From: Felis catus
Taxonomy: Eukaryota
Length of the DNA stretch: 64,000 nucleotides
NCBI RefSeq assembly: GCF_018350175.1
Contig: NC_058372.1
Coordinates: forward strand, 120,590,001-120,654,000
Direction: 5' to 3'
Shown: piece by piece, positions 50,035 to 62,917 of the stretch
How positions within the stretch are numbered: position 1 is the first letter of the stretch
Layout: the number at the start of each line of letters is the position of its first letter
The notes under the pieces: generated by a model
Databases searched by the model: none
The model's input: the letters and a program-made list of their open reading frames with translations, nothing else
What the model was told of the DNA's origin: nothing
Position numbers and translations under genes: made by a program

Positions 50035-50485
50035 CCATCTCATCAAGAGATTAAGTCGATGTCTACAGCCCTTGATTCTGGGCTGGCCTTGGGACTTGTA
50101 AGATGCTAGAGAGCAATGCAGGTAATGCAGTGTGACTTCCAGAACGTATACCCCACAGGGCCTTATAGCTCCGGCTCCCACCGCCGTGGAATGCTGCCCA
50201 GAGTCTGACGTGTGAGGAAGCCATGTTAGATTGGAGGCTGAGGCCACGTGAAGGGCAATGGGGGCTCCCCACTGAGTCAGCACCCGCCGCCATCCTGTGG
50301 GTGAGGCTCCCTTACACTGTCACTATGGCGGTCCCTCCTGCTGATGGAGACACATGAGTGCAGCCAGGCTAACCCAGCAGAGGCACCGCCCAAGCAAGCC
50401 AAAGAATCCTGGGAAATGGGAAATGGTGTATCTTAAGCCACCACACTTGGGGATGGTGCGTTCCACCTGAACAGACAGCTGACGT
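50035..50485 (+). mobile_element. MaLR (MLT1-type) solo LTR remnant
   Basis: ccttgattctgggctggccttgggacttg...gtgtgacttcc...atcttaagccaccacacttggggatggtg...gacagctgac follows the MLT1 layout. Subfamily not assigned. Confidence 0.6.
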
Positions 50486-50926
50486 GAAACAGGTGACAGG
50501 GAAGAATGAGAAGCGAAGAATGAACAGCAGATTGGGAAGTCTTTAGCGTCCGGGCATCTAAGTCCCCGAAAAAGGCCTTGAATCTGAATCAAGTATTCAG
50601 ATGAATGCATAAAGTTACCAAGGTCTGAGGCTACTAGTTATTGGAATCAGGTATCTGTGACAGTCCTGTTGAGATTCTGTGCTCTCCAAGAAATCCAGTC
50701 GGTTGGTTTCAACTAGCATAGGGCCAGGCAATGTGCTGATCAGGCCAAGGGTACAGCAGGCTTTCCTGACAATTACATATCTTCGTAAATGAGTAACCTT
50801 CGTTTTCATTGTGTTTTTTTAAAAATGGGGGCCTTATCTGTATTAAAAAGTAATCCTACAATTTGATGTTTAACTTACAGCCTGAATTAAGAGAAAAGTC
50901 CTTCTGCTCACTTAAGTGAAATATTT

Positions 50927-51152
50927 ACTTATGTATTTATTTATTTTTTAACGTTTATTTATTTTTGAGACAGAGAGAGACAGGGCATGAGTGGGGGAGG
51001 GTCAGAGAGAGAGGGAGACACAGAATCGGAAACAGGCTCCAGGCTCTGAGCTGTCAGCACGGAGCCCGACGTGGGGCTCGAACTCACGGACCGCGAGATC
51101 ATGACCTGAGCCGAAGTTGGATGCTTAACCAACTGAGCCACCCAGGCGCCCC
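50927..51152 (-). mobile_element. Can-SINE (feline)
   Basis: 15-bp TSD TTAAGTGAAATATTT at 50912-50926 and 51154-51168. Confidence 0.95.
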
Positions 51153-51188
51153 TTTAAGTGAAATATTTTAAAGAGGCAAACCACTCTT

Positions 51189-51408
51189 GGGGCTCCTGGG
51201 TGACTCAGTCCGTTAAGCGTCTGACTCTTGATTTTGGCTCAGGTCATGATTTCACAGTTGGTAAGATCGAGCCCCGGGTTGGGCTCCATGCTGACAGCAT
51301 GGAGCTTGCTTGGGATGCTCTCTCCCTCTTTCTCTGCCCCTCGCCCCCCTCTCTTTCTCTCTGTCTTTCTCTCTTTCTTCTCCCCCCTCAAAAATATATA
51401 AATAAACA
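51189..51408 (+). mobile_element. Can-SINE (older subfamily)
   Basis: GGGGCTCCTGGGTGACTCAG head. Confidence 0.9.
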
Positions 51409-51917
51409 TGGGGAAAAATGCAAACCATCTAAAAGTGTATAAAATACAAACAGAAAGTTTTCCAAACCCTACTCTACATGAATATGTATACGTCCAGCTA
51501 CCATCAAATCACCTATCAAGTATGTTCTTCCTTCAGGCAAAAGCTGAAGCATCACGGTGCCCACATTTCCTGTAGCAATCATACATTTTTCTCCAGCGCA
51601 TTGAAAGACTTTCTGGAAGAAATTCCCAAACTGTAAATAAGTCGTGCCCTCCCCGTATATTGAAACCCAAGAGCAAGAATCTCTCCATGTTCAAGTGTAA
51701 TGATTTAATCCGAGGAAGAACGAGTTCCCCTTCATTCCTGGCCCCTGTGCATCACCTCCTTGCCCTCAGTTGAGCAGTCAGAGCTGTGAGCTCTGTTAGC
51801 AAAATCAAAGAGTTTTCTATGGCCCCTGTCTAAGTTAAATGGTCTAAACAATCTCTCTATGTGAGATGCGTTTCACCAGTTTTCTGAATGCTATCCCTGC
51901 GAGAAACTTTATCTTCT

Positions 51918-52139
51918 TTTTTTTTTTTTAATTTTTTTTTCAACGTTTATTTATTTTTGGGACAGAGAGAGAGCATGAACGGGAGAGGGGCAGAGAGAGA
52001 GGGAGACACAGAATCGGAAACAGGCTCCAGGCTCCGAGCCATCAGCCCAGAGCCTGACGCGGGGCTCGAACTCACGGACCGCGAGAGCGTGACCTGGCTG
52101 AAGTCGGACGCTTAACCGACTGCACCACCCAGGCGCCCC
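51918..52139 (-). mobile_element. Young feline SINE (SINEC_Fc-type)
   Basis: ttcaacgtttatttatttttgggacag signature; flanked by TTTATCTTCTT. Confidence 0.95.
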
Positions 52140-52652
52140 AAAACTCTTTATCTTCTTAAACTCGTTTTGATTGTGCCGCATTTGGAATGACTGCAGTCAC
52201 TGAAACTCGAGTGTTCCTGATAATCTTAGCCTTAACAGGTGTTTAGGGCTTAAAGACAACCTACAAGTGTAATAGGAATAGAAGCCTGTGGTTCTGGCAC
52301 GGGATGAACATGGCATTCCAAGACTTACCTGAAACCCCAAACAAACAAACAAACAAACAAAAAACCCCTCCTGGGTGGGGGACCTAGGGAGACGAGAGAG
52401 GTTCTTTGAACATTTCTGAAAAGAGCTTTGAAAAGTTCACCTGTTAGAAAGCACTGGTTATTCTAACTCCTTCGCTTAGTCACCCAGATTCAACGCATGG
52501 CCCTAAAACCTGCAGTTGTGCTCTGAGATATGGCTTCACACCGTAGGGAATATCCTGAAATAATTTCAGACGTTATCATTATTCGGTTGTACATAAAAGC
52601 TGCATTTTTTGGACCAGAGTGTTGTGCAGAGAGCAATGCATAGAATACTTAC

Positions 52653-52785
52653 CCTTTGGCCAGCTCCGCTGATATCTGTTCCAAAGAGCATCCCTTCGTC
52701 TCAGGTATAAACACAACAACAAAAACCAGGGATGCGAGGCTCATGATCGTGTATATAAAGCACACCCATGGCAAGCCAATGAGAT
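52653..52785 (-). CDS. SLC2A12: GLUT12 penultimate exon (last TM helix and PETKG motif)
   Basis: tgtag|(D)[43 protein letters not shown](G)|gtaagt; 133 nt; contains the sugar-porter PETKG signature. Confidence 0.97.
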
Positions 52786-52826
52786 CTACAAAGGACAAAA
52801 GAGACTGATTAAAAATGTGGGTTTTG

Positions 52827-52877
52827 CTTTTTGTTTTTTATTTTAGAGAGAGAGAGAGAGAGAGGGAAAGCAGGGGA

Positions 52878-52923
<46 letters not shown>

Positions 52924-53046
52924 CCTAAGCAGGTTCCACCCTCAGTGTGGAGCCCAACACAGGACTCGATCCCAGGACCTTGGGATCATGATCTGAGCCG
53001 AAATCAAGAGTAGGACACTCAACTGACTAAGCCACCCAGGCATCCC
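52827..53046 (-). mobile_element. Can-SINE (older subfamily) with expanded (GA)n
   Basis: Ends gccacccaggcatccc; aaaatgtg flanks both sides. Confidence 0.9.
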
Positions 53047-53613
53047 TCAAAATGTGTTTTGTGTTGCTTTGACCCACTTTGTGGACAGCTGCTTCTTAGA
53101 GCATATAAAAAACATGTGTATTTCCGAACACGCTGGTAGAGTATATATCCAGGGAAACAGCAACTACAAATTAAAAATACAGTCAACCTCTGTAAGTTTC
53201 ACGTTTACCAACTACCCCAGCTTGCCCTGTCAAAGTAAATAGAAGCCTTGTGGCTACCACCATTTAAATCCAATGCCATTGTGCCATCTTCCTGCTGAAT
53301 ATGCTCATTGCAAAAAAGAAAAAAGACCTCAAACAACACAGAAACGGAGAAAGCAGAAGGTAAAATATCTCCTCTCTCTCTCTCTCTCTCCTCACCCCAC
53401 AGTCCCCCTCCTGGGAGTACTGGCTGTAGCAGTTTGGTTTCTATTTGGTGGATATTTTAAAAGACATTTATACAGATGCACTTTTCTTGAAATGAGCTCA
53501 CCCGTCTTTACCCTGACTCAAATACGTCACTCGTGTTGGCAATATTCATTTTAGTAGCTGGCAGCATTTTTGTGATGCGTCTTCCTGGATTCAGAGAAAA
53601 AAGTGATAACTCC

Positions 53614-53824
53614 TTTTTTTTTTTTTTTTAACGTTTATCTATTTTTGAGAGACAGGGTGCGAGCAGGGGAGGGGCAGAGAGAGAGGGAGACACAGAATCC
53701 GAAGCAGGCTCCAGGCTCTGAGCCATCAGCACAGAGCCCGACGCTGGGCTCGAACTCACAAACCGAGAGATCATGACCTGAGCCAAAGTCGGACACTTAA
53801 CCGACTGAGCCACCCAGGTGCCCC
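53614..53824 (-). mobile_element. Can-SINE
   Basis: Ends cacccaggtgcccc. Confidence 0.92.
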
Positions 53825-54309
53825 AGAAGTGGTAACAGTTCTAATGAAAGGCATTAGCTTGCTAAGATTCATCAACAAGAAGCCGCATCCTCTCCTGCCA
53901 GCCTGGTGTTTCCTCTGACTCCTTCTGGTCAAAGATACAGTCCTTTTGTAGTTACTGACCAAGGTTCGAGGCAAGTTAACTGGTGAGAAGCGGCCCCCAG
54001 GGCACCGGAGCCTGGCATGGGCACTGCGTTGCCCCGGGCTTAGCGGCAAGAAGTCCAGCCTGGCGGGGACTTGTGGGAAAGAAACTGGCTCTTAACAAAC
54101 ACAGGCTCAGACCGACCTCAGCCAGAGACAGTGCAAACAGCCCTTAACAGCCGCAGCCACGAATCCCGACTGGTCAGTCAGGGAAAAGTGCAGTGGGGAG
54201 GTTTGGTGAATGCAGTGTGGAAAGATCTGGGCATATTAACCACCTGCCAGTCAGTGAGGTGAGGAGGAGCAGGAAGAAGGGACAGTGCTGCAGTTCTTTG
54301 GACAGTTTT

Positions 54310-54538
54310 TTTTTTTTTAATTTTTTTTTTTAACATTTATTTATTTTGAGACAGAGAGAGAGAGACAGAGCATGAATGGGGGGAGGGGCAGAGAGAGAGG
54401 GAGGCACAGAATTGGAAGGAGGCTCCAGGCTCTGAGCCATCAGCCCCGAGCCCGACGCGGGGCTCGAACTCACGGACCGCGAGATCGTGACCTGAGCTGA
54501 AGTCGGACGCTCAACCGACTGAGCCACCCAGGCGCCCC
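54310..54538 (-). mobile_element. Can-SINE (feline)
   Basis: 11-bp TSD TGGACAGTTTT at 54299-54309 and 54539-54549. Confidence 0.95.
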
Positions 54539-55074
54539 TGGACAGTTTTAATTAAAGTCCCATCCCTTGTGCTTTCCTTGCTGCTGGCACAGGCTTTTGC
54601 CCCAGTGAGGGCTTAATAAAGTGCTTGTAGAATCGGTCGTCCTTTCCTCTCTGGGACATAAAACCGGAATATAGACAGTGGGGGAAAAAAAAAAGGTCAC
54701 CTCATCGAACTCGTCCTCTGGTCTGTTTGAACACTTTCAGTAACATGGAGTTGATGAGCTGATGGCTTCAGAGATTCTCACCGCACAGTGGGCTGGCCCA
54801 ACTGTTACAAAGACCTTCCTCACCCATTCTGAAGTCCAAGTACTACCTTTCAAGAGCTCTGGCTCTGGTCCTGCTTTGCCCTCCGGGTCAGCTCTCCAGT
54901 CCCTTCGTCATGACAGCGTGACAGCCACGCAGGCACCCGAGCGAGCTCCCATCCATCCTTTCCCTGAGCATCTTCTCGCCCCAAACACCCAGGACTTTCG
55001 CAACTTTTCTGCACAGACCGTGGGGTCACAATGCCCATCCAGGTGCCCTCCCGTGCTGGGTACACGGCAGCCCT

Positions 55075-55306
55075 CTTTTTTTATTTTTAATTTTTTTTAA
55101 ATGTTTATTTTTGAGAGAGAGAGAGAGAGAGAGACAGAGTGTGAGTGGGGGAGGGGCAGAGAGAGAGGGAGACACAGAATCCGAAGCAGGCTCCAGGCTC
55201 TGAGCTGTCAGCACAGAGCCCGACGCGGGGCTCGAACCCACGAACTCTGAGATCGTGACCTGAGCCAAAGTCGGACGCTCAACCGACCGAGCCACCCAGG
55301 CGCCCC
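55075..55306 (-). mobile_element. Can-SINE (feline)
   Basis: Ends gccacccaggcgcccc. Confidence 0.93.
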
Positions 55307-55886
55307 TTGGGAAGCTGACTTTTGAAAGTAAGCACAGCCTTCCCTGTTCTCAGCAAATTCGTGTCCTGCCCCTTTGCTTTTATGAGAGACCTACCTCGGT
55401 ATCTGTTTTTGCTAACTGAGAAAAATCCAGAGAGGATTTTCGCTCTTAGGAAGTGCGAGTTGCTTTGCTTCCGGCCATTTTGGCTTCTGAGTGGTTTGGT
55501 AGACACACTCTACTTTCGAACAGCGGGAGAAACCTGTATCGAATTTCAAACGCAGCCCGGTGAAATGTCATCTACAGGTTCATTCCAGGATTTTTAAGTG
55601 AATGTGCTTTCCCAACGTTTGTTCTAAATGCAGGAGAACTTCTGAATGTGCATTAGCTCATCTTACACATTAGCTAGCCTTCCCAGAGACTTATGTCATC
55701 TTTTCCCATCCCTGATCGTTTCCATTCTTTTTTCTATTTTTTAATTACAATTTTAAGTCTAGTTGACACACAATGTCACACTGGTTTCAGGTATCAGGTT
55801 AGTGATTGGACAAGTTGACACATTATGCCATGCTCACTCCATTTTTGCATGTATATTTCTTTTCTGCACATCAAGGGGCAGATAAG

Positions 55887-55888
<2 letters not shown>

Positions 55889-55923
<35 letters not shown>
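55889..55923. repeat. (GT)n microsatellite
   Basis: About 17 units. Confidence 0.95.
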
Positions 55924-55925
<2 letters not shown>

Positions 55926-56469
55926 GATGAAAGGTACCGGCCTATGCACGTGATCTGAGAAGGACACGTATGGTTGGTGCTAATGACCAGTTTCTTTGTT
56001 TCCTTTAATCTTAGGCTATTTCTAAAAAACGTGGGACGTTTGAAAATGTTATGTAAAAACCCAAACCATGGTTAATGAATAACTCCAAAACTGAATTTCC
56101 AAAAGTAGATGTACTCAAAAAAAAGTGGTTGACAAGTATTCAGAAGTATAGATATAGACCTTTTCGAGTACACATCCACTTTTCAAAATTCATATTTTAT
56201 ATGTATTTTTTAATACGTATATCAGATACACATATAATGGGAAAAGGAAAGGAAGAAAAGAGCTCCTTAGTAATTTTGGAAGATGCTGGGGAACTGTCTC
56301 ATTATTTTGAAAACTAGAAAATCAAGAGAAAACGTCAAGCATTTACCTTGCCTTTTTCCTACGATTCATCCTTTAGGGCAGGCAAATAACTAATGAGAAG
56401 AAATTCCTCCTTAGAGAAATATCAATGACAAAAATACAGAAGGAGCGATGCAATGAAAATAACGGATCT

Positions 56470-56706
56470 GGGGTGCCTGGGTGGCTGAGTCAGTTAAGCA
56501 TCCGATTTCAGCTCAGGTCACGATCTCGAAGTTTGTGAGTTCGAGCCCCTGTGTGGGGCTCTGGGTTGATGGCTCAGAGCCTGGAACCTGCTTCAGATTC
56601 TGTGTCTCCCTCTCTCTCTGTCCCTCCCCTGTTCGTGTTCTGTCTTTCTCTCTCTCTCTCTCTCAAAAAAAAATGAATAAAATATTAAAAAAATAACACT
56701 TAAAAA
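56470..56706 (+). mobile_element. Can-SINE
   Basis: TSD AAAATAACGGATCTGGG at 56456-56472 and 56707-56723. Confidence 0.95.
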
Positions 56707-57544
56707 AAAATAACGGATCTGGGTGATGATCCTCGAAGGGGCCTGAATGACAAAGTGGGACACAGACAGACAAGCAGACACACAGGGTGTGCCTTTGTGG
56801 CAGGACACCCGCCATCATCTGTGAAGGAATTCATAGACAAACAAATGAGAAAATCTAAATCTGCTCTCAAGCCTCGAGATCTAAAGAGCAGTTCTCAGGA
56901 AACCCAAAAGACAGAAGGCCACGTGACATGACTGTAATCAGCAAAACCCAGCGTGGGGAAAACTCTTTGAAACAAATGACCCAGTTTCTTCATTACAAAT
57001 CCAAAGATGGGCAGGAAAGGGAGGAAATGGAGATGAAACCTACAAATTAGGAGCCATGTCAATCAACGGCAGATTGTGTTATTTGGATCGTGATTCAAAC
57101 AAAGTATAAGAAAACATAAAAAGTGTATAAAAGACATAAAAATAACAGAAAATATAAAAAATAACTATAAGACATGGAAGAATGTGGATACAGACTCGAT
57201 ATTTGATACTAAGGGATTACTGTGAATATTTTTATTTCTGATAATGACCTTGCAGGTATAGGTTTTAAACGCCTGATCTTTTAGAGGTCCACGTGGAAAT
57301 TTTATAGACAAAATGACGTCCTGTCTGGGATATGACCCAAAACAATTCGGGGAGAGAGAAGCTGGGGTTATAAACGAATTCAGAATGATAACTTTAAATT
57401 GGGTGGTCGGTACATCAGATACATCCTCTTTATGTTTGAATGTTTTAAAAAGGTCCACAGTGAAATGTCTTTTAGGTGAGTGTGCTTCCCCAACATTTGT
57501 CCTATGAGCACAAAAGGTGTTAGAGGCAAACAGCAGGTCCTTAC

Positions 57545-57667
57545 CGGTCACAGTCAAAAATGTCAGAGAGATGATGAGATTGATGCCCCAGTTCATGCTA
57601 GAAGTTAAAGCCATGGCTCGTCCTCTAATTCCAGCAGGAAAAATCTCGCTCAGTAGTAGCCAGGGCA
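57545..57667 (-). CDS. SLC2A12: GLUT12 exon (third from last)
   Basis: ttctag|(x)[42 protein letters not shown](D)|gtaagg; 123 nt; sugar-porter SEIFP..RG motif. Upstream exons lie beyond the window. Confidence 0.97.
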
Positions 57668-58549
57668 CTAGAAGAAAGGGAAGAGAGGGTGGGGAGCAGC
57701 GAAATTATCAAACACCCATTGAAACGGAGGGCCAGCCCCCTGACCTCCGACCTCGGCTCTGGCCCTGAGTGGTCTATGGTTGGAGAGCAGGGCTGGGTCC
57801 TTCCTTGGCAGGAGGGAAGAGGACAGGCTTCCTGCTCCTCTCCAGCCAAGTGAGAAAGGATTCGGGAGAAACACCAACAGAGCCTGACAATCCTGGAGGA
57901 GGGGTGGGGCAGGGGTGGGGGGCGGGAGGACAGAAAGCGCTGGTATGTGACACAGGACTGAGAAATGCAAATGGGAGGGGCAGTGGCTGGGGCCACCTGC
58001 CAGGGAGCAACCAGAGAGGCAGCTTGGGACCTCTGCCAAGCACGGAGTCTCAGGGCCAGACCAGCGCTCTACCTGCTCCATGTCTGGGCCCTTCCCTATA
58101 ATTTCCTTTGCCCCTGACCTTGGAGAAATCCAACATCATAGCCAATGAGTGGGTAGGAAATGGAGCCACGAAGGCAGGAGGAAGGAGGCCGTCTTATTCC
58201 CCCTTCTCCCACTTGGTCTTCCTGACCTGGGCAAGCTGAGCAGACAGAAGGTCTGAATTCAACAGAGCTCCGAAATTTGATTATTATACTTGACTTAATG
58301 TTTGAGTGTCTGAAAGGAGACTCTGGTCGGCACAAAAACTGACCAGAGCACTTTTGATTCTCTGGGAGTGACGGGGAGCATTATAGGACCCTCCTGATGG
58401 GATCAGGAGGGGCGGCCGAGGGGCAAACGCACTTGTCTTCTGCTTACAGCCTTTCAAGTCCCATCTGCCCTCATAAAGGCGCTACGAGTTCGTACAACGG
58501 ACGGAGCGCGTCCCGAAACTTACTTCAAACGAGTCTCCTCAAATCTCAC

Positions 58550-58700
58550 ACGATAGGAACTATTACTATCCCTCTTCACAAGAGAAGAAACTCGGGCTGA
58601 AAGAGTTAATAATTTGCCAAGGTCACGGCGCTCACAAGTGGCACGGGTGCCACTGAGTCCTGGCGGTCAGTCTGTGAAACTCATGCTTTTTAATCACGGT
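58550..58700 (-). mobile_element. MIR remnant
   Basis: gagaagaaactcgggctgaaagagttaataatttgccaaggtcac = MIR core, reverse orientation. Confidence 0.7.
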
Positions 58701-59272
58701 GCTCTCTTGCTGGTGGCTCAATAAATATTTGTTAATGAATAAGTAAATGTGGAATCTAAGCCTTTGATTCTGAAGAAAGAAGGACGCAGGAGCTGCCCCA
58801 GCCCGGGCTCACTGCTGGCTAAGTCACCTTGTGTTGGAAAGCCATCAGTCACATACAGCCCAGATGTACCGTCCTAGCCCAGTGGAGGTGGGGGGTGGGG
58901 GCGGGGAGAAGCTTGAAGCCAGGGAGGGGCCCCACTGCGGGCAACCACTGGGAGGGATCATGTGGGAACCAAGCTGTCAGCTGTGCCTCTAATTTAACAA
59001 CTTGGCTCGCATGACAAGAGCAGGCTCTGGGCTGAAAACATCTGCTCATAGTAAATTTGCTGTTTCAGAGTAAGAAAAACAAATTGAATTATAGAAGAGA
59101 GCTGGAGAAACATTTTTTTTTTTTTCTTGATTACCTTTTCCACGTGAATCCGTATCGAGTTACCTTTAGGGCATGGAAGATACTTTTAACAAAAGGAACA
59201 CGATGATCATTGTTTTAATTAACAGGGAATTCAAAGTCAACATTTTGTACCCCTCCCCTCCGCTTCCTACTT

Positions 59273-59305
<33 letters not shown>

Positions 59306-59682
59306 AACTTTATTGTGTTCTTGCAGATTACACCCGAGGTAGGATCACTTTGCTCTTAATGAGACCAAAGCAGTGCTCAGGTAACCTTGTCTGGGGCTTT
59401 GTTAAGACTGGGGATCTGGCTCTGACAGTTGTGTGATTCTAGCAAAGTCTTTGTAATGACCTGCCCTTGGACAAATGCAAGATGAATTTATGTATATGCA
59501 ATTTCTTTGGAGCTAAATAATCTACACCACAGACCAATCCCCTCTGCCCCTTTCTGCCATGGTTTTTTGTCAAGGTACAGCGGAGGGTCTCTTATCACCT
59601 TTTGCTCTAGCAGCCATAAGGAGGAGGTGGGGGATGGGTCACTCTTTCATTCTGGTTTCTGGAGGAGTTCGCACAAGTTTGC

Positions 59683-59897
59683 TTTATTTTTTTAAAAACT
59701 TTTTAAATGTTTACTTATTTTTGAGAGGGAGAGACAGAGCATGAGCGAGGGAGGGGCAGAGAGAGGGAGACACAGAATCCGAAACAGGCTCCAGGCTCTG
59801 AGCTCTCCGCCCAGAGCCCCACTCGGGGCTCGAACTCACAAACCGTGAGATCATGATCTGAGCCGACGCTTAACCGGCTGCGCCACCCAGGCGCCCC
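59683..59897 (-). mobile_element. Can-SINE with small internal deletion
   Basis: gatctgagccgacgcttaacc lacks the usual aagtcgg. Confidence 0.92.
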
Positions 59898-61199
59898 TCA
59901 CACAGGTTTTTCTTGGTCTACTTTCATCCCCACTTCATCACCTCTGAAACTCCCTCCTTCCCTCCCCAGTTTCATCATGACCTCCTCTTGGAATTATTTG
60001 GTGGGATTTTGGAAAATCATTGCTGGGGTCATCAGACCCATGCTGACATCGGATGAAAATGAGCTGATCTTTCTGTTGTAGAAAGTGGTAGAGCTCGCCA
60101 ACAAGAAGATGGGACAGTTTCCTAAAGCCCTAGTTACAAGCACTCAATCTGAACTGTCAGAGGCTTCCTGAAAGGACCCACAGTCTACACTGAAAGCCTG
60201 GGTACTAGGTGTGCATTCAATTCAGCACCTGAGCCAGCGTCGTGGGCCGTTGAACCAGTCAGTGAGCAATGAACTGAATGTTGAGAGAGGGACTTTCCTT
60301 CGTCTCTGATAAGAGCTTGTCAGGCAAACCTTGCGCCTGATGTTTCCAAAAATAATGCATCACTGTGGAAAGCTTCCACTTCTTTTTTGATCTAATAGAA
60401 AGAATTCAAGAATCGATACCTTGGCTTATCTAATATTGACAAACTGGGTGCTGTAGCAGTTGACAAGCATTTTGACAAGGATGGTTCAACCTCCCGATAA
60501 GAAGCCTGTTAAGTCAAAAACAAGGATTTTAATTGTTAAAACTATTGTTAAGATTGTTGATATTATTTTAACAATGAGTTCAGCACCCTAAAATCACAGA
60601 CTTCCAAAATCAGAAAATGAAATGAAGTTCTGAAGGTGGTCCTTGCAGCAAGGGAAAACTTCCTGGAAGGATAAGAATCTTTCCACGGCAGCCTCAGGAG
60701 CAAGATGATGAAAAGCCTCCACGTTCCCTGGGAAGGGGCCACGAATACCCAAAGCGGAAAGAATGGAGAAGCTCTGTATCAGTTCACAAGGAAGGAGCGC
60801 GGAGATGTAAAATGTCACATGGGGATTTACTATGTTGATATTGGTAATGGCAAGTAGAAGTCTTCTGAAAATCACCAACGTTGCGTTCTCATGAGATGGC
60901 CTCATCGCCCTCCCAGGGAAAATTGAGGTATTGTCACACGGCACCGTGAGGAAGTGCTGGCTCTCTCTGGGAGTCCTTGTTCTCCCCTTCCCTGATGACA
61001 GAGCCAGAGGGGATGCTTTGTGCCCACCGCATAGCGAACTCTTCTACAATGAGTGCCACCGCTACAGTTTAGCAGACCCTGAAACAGTCCTCCTTGATTT
61101 CTGTTATTCCACCTTTAACCCTGACGTTCCAGGACTACCTTGGCAATTCGTGCCTCCATAAATGTCAGTCTGCACATGCCTTTTTTTTAATGTTTATTT

Positions 61200-61420
61200 T
61201 TTTTATGTTTATTTTTGAAAGAGAGAGAGAGACACAGAGTGTGAGTGTGTGTGTATGGGGGGGTGGTGCAGAGAGAGAGAGGGAGACACAGAATCCGAAG
61301 CAGGCTCCAGGCTCTGAGATGTCAGCGCAGAGCTTGATGTGGGGCTTGAACCCACGAGCTGCGAGATCACGACCTGAGCTGAAGTCGGCCACTTAACCAA
61401 CTGAGCCACCCAGGCGCCCC
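61200..61420 (-). mobile_element. Can-SINE nested in the tail of the adjacent SINE
   Basis: TSD AATGTTTATTT at 61189-61199 and 61421-61431. Confidence 0.88.
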
Positions 61421-61474
61421 AATGTTTATTTATTTTTGAGAGAGAGTGAGAGAGACAGAGCACGAGCAGGGGAG

Positions 61475-61510
<36 letters not shown>

Positions 61511-61635
61511 TGAGGCAGGCTCCAGGCTCTGAGCTGTCAGTACAGAGCCCAATGCAGGGCTCGAACTCACGGACCACGAGTGCGCAACCTGAGCCAAAGT
61601 CGGATGCTTAACTGACTGAGCCACCCAGGTGACCC
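61421..61635 (-). mobile_element. Can-SINE (host element; tail remnant at 61181-61199)
   Basis: TCTGCACA flanks the whole pair (about 61169 and 61636). Confidence 0.88.
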
Positions 61636-62319
61636 TCTGCACAGGTCTTCAAGGCCTTCTTTTGTGGCTGCGAGGATAGAGGAGATTTTGGACTTGCCAG
61701 GACACAATTTGTCCTCAAGTATTGGAACTTGTATTTCACATGCTACTGAATCACCACGGCTGCCCGTCAGAACGCGGCTGACCCGGGTGAGATCTGCAGA
61801 CAGTGTTGACGGCCGGACACAGTGTCAAAAAATATGTTGACGTATCTCCATGTGCCGTGGAGGACAAGGACTTGCATTGGTAGGGGCCATCAGTGGAGAT
61901 GACCCAGCCCACCCGAAGGTAAACTGCCTGCTTATCTCCACCCCCTCCATATGAGCCACCAAGGCTATCACTTATCAGACCTGCAGCTCTCCAGGCACGC
62001 CTTCCATTTGCCTTGAGCTTCTCCTGAACCTCCTGGCATGCCAGCTCCAGGTTTGAAAAGTTCGTGGAGGTCTTAAACTCTTACCAGAGAATTCCTAGCA
62101 ACTTTGGAGGAAGTTCTACACTCAGGGTGCAGAACTTTCAACAACCTGACTTGCTGAGAAATCAGTGTTCCACACTCTGCAGAAGTAAAGCTAAATCCCA
62201 TGACTTTTATTGCCTATGCAAACAGCGCAGGGCACACCTAGCTCTCTGTCTGCCAAGAGGTCCTTTAAATATGAATGTGAGAGGGAAATAGGCCCATTTC
62301 CTCCCAACCAGATGTTTAA

Positions 62320-62532
62320 TTTTTTTTTTTCAACGTTTATTTATTTTTGGGACAGAGAGAGACAGAGCATGAACGGGGGAGGGGCAGAGAGAGAGGGAGA
62401 CACAGAATCGGAAACAGGCTCCAGGCTCTGAGCCATCAGCCCAGAGCCTGACACGGGGCTCGAACTCACGGACCGCGAGATCGTGACCTGGCTGAAGTCG
62501 GACGCTTAACCGACTGTGCCACCCAGGCGCCC
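62320..62532 (-). mobile_element. Young feline SINE (SINEC_Fc-type)
   Basis: 17-bp TSD CCCAACCAGATGTTTAA at 62303-62319 and 62533-62549. Confidence 0.97.
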
Positions 62533-62917
62533 CCCAACCAGATGTTTAAATCCTGGCTTCGGAAGTTCCCTAAATAGGATAAGTATACTTTTTAAAAGTA
62601 CCCTGCACTGTAGAGCACCATTTCCAACATCAGTGATGACGCAATAGCTTTCGCTTATTTTTATTTTTATTCTTATATTCTCCTTTCTCTCAGTCTCTCT
62701 GAGTTTTGCTCATGCCTGGCCTCTTCTCAAATATTTTATTCAAGAATACTATTTTGTATTACTTAAACAAACCAAGAAAAGCAACAAAAGAAAGTCTCAA
62801 TGTTCCCTAATCTTTCTATCTTCATGATCTCTAGTCAACACCAACTGATTTTTTGAAAATATTGTAGGGGAAATTGGAATAAATCGAATAACCCTCTGTT
62901 TAAAAAATGCCAGAATT

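Noticed and set aside
57165-57544. 167-aa ORF 57165-57668 as a single-exon GLUT12 C-terminus
   Set aside because: Similarity to GLUT12 ends at the GT donor at 57544; the rest is intron read-through.
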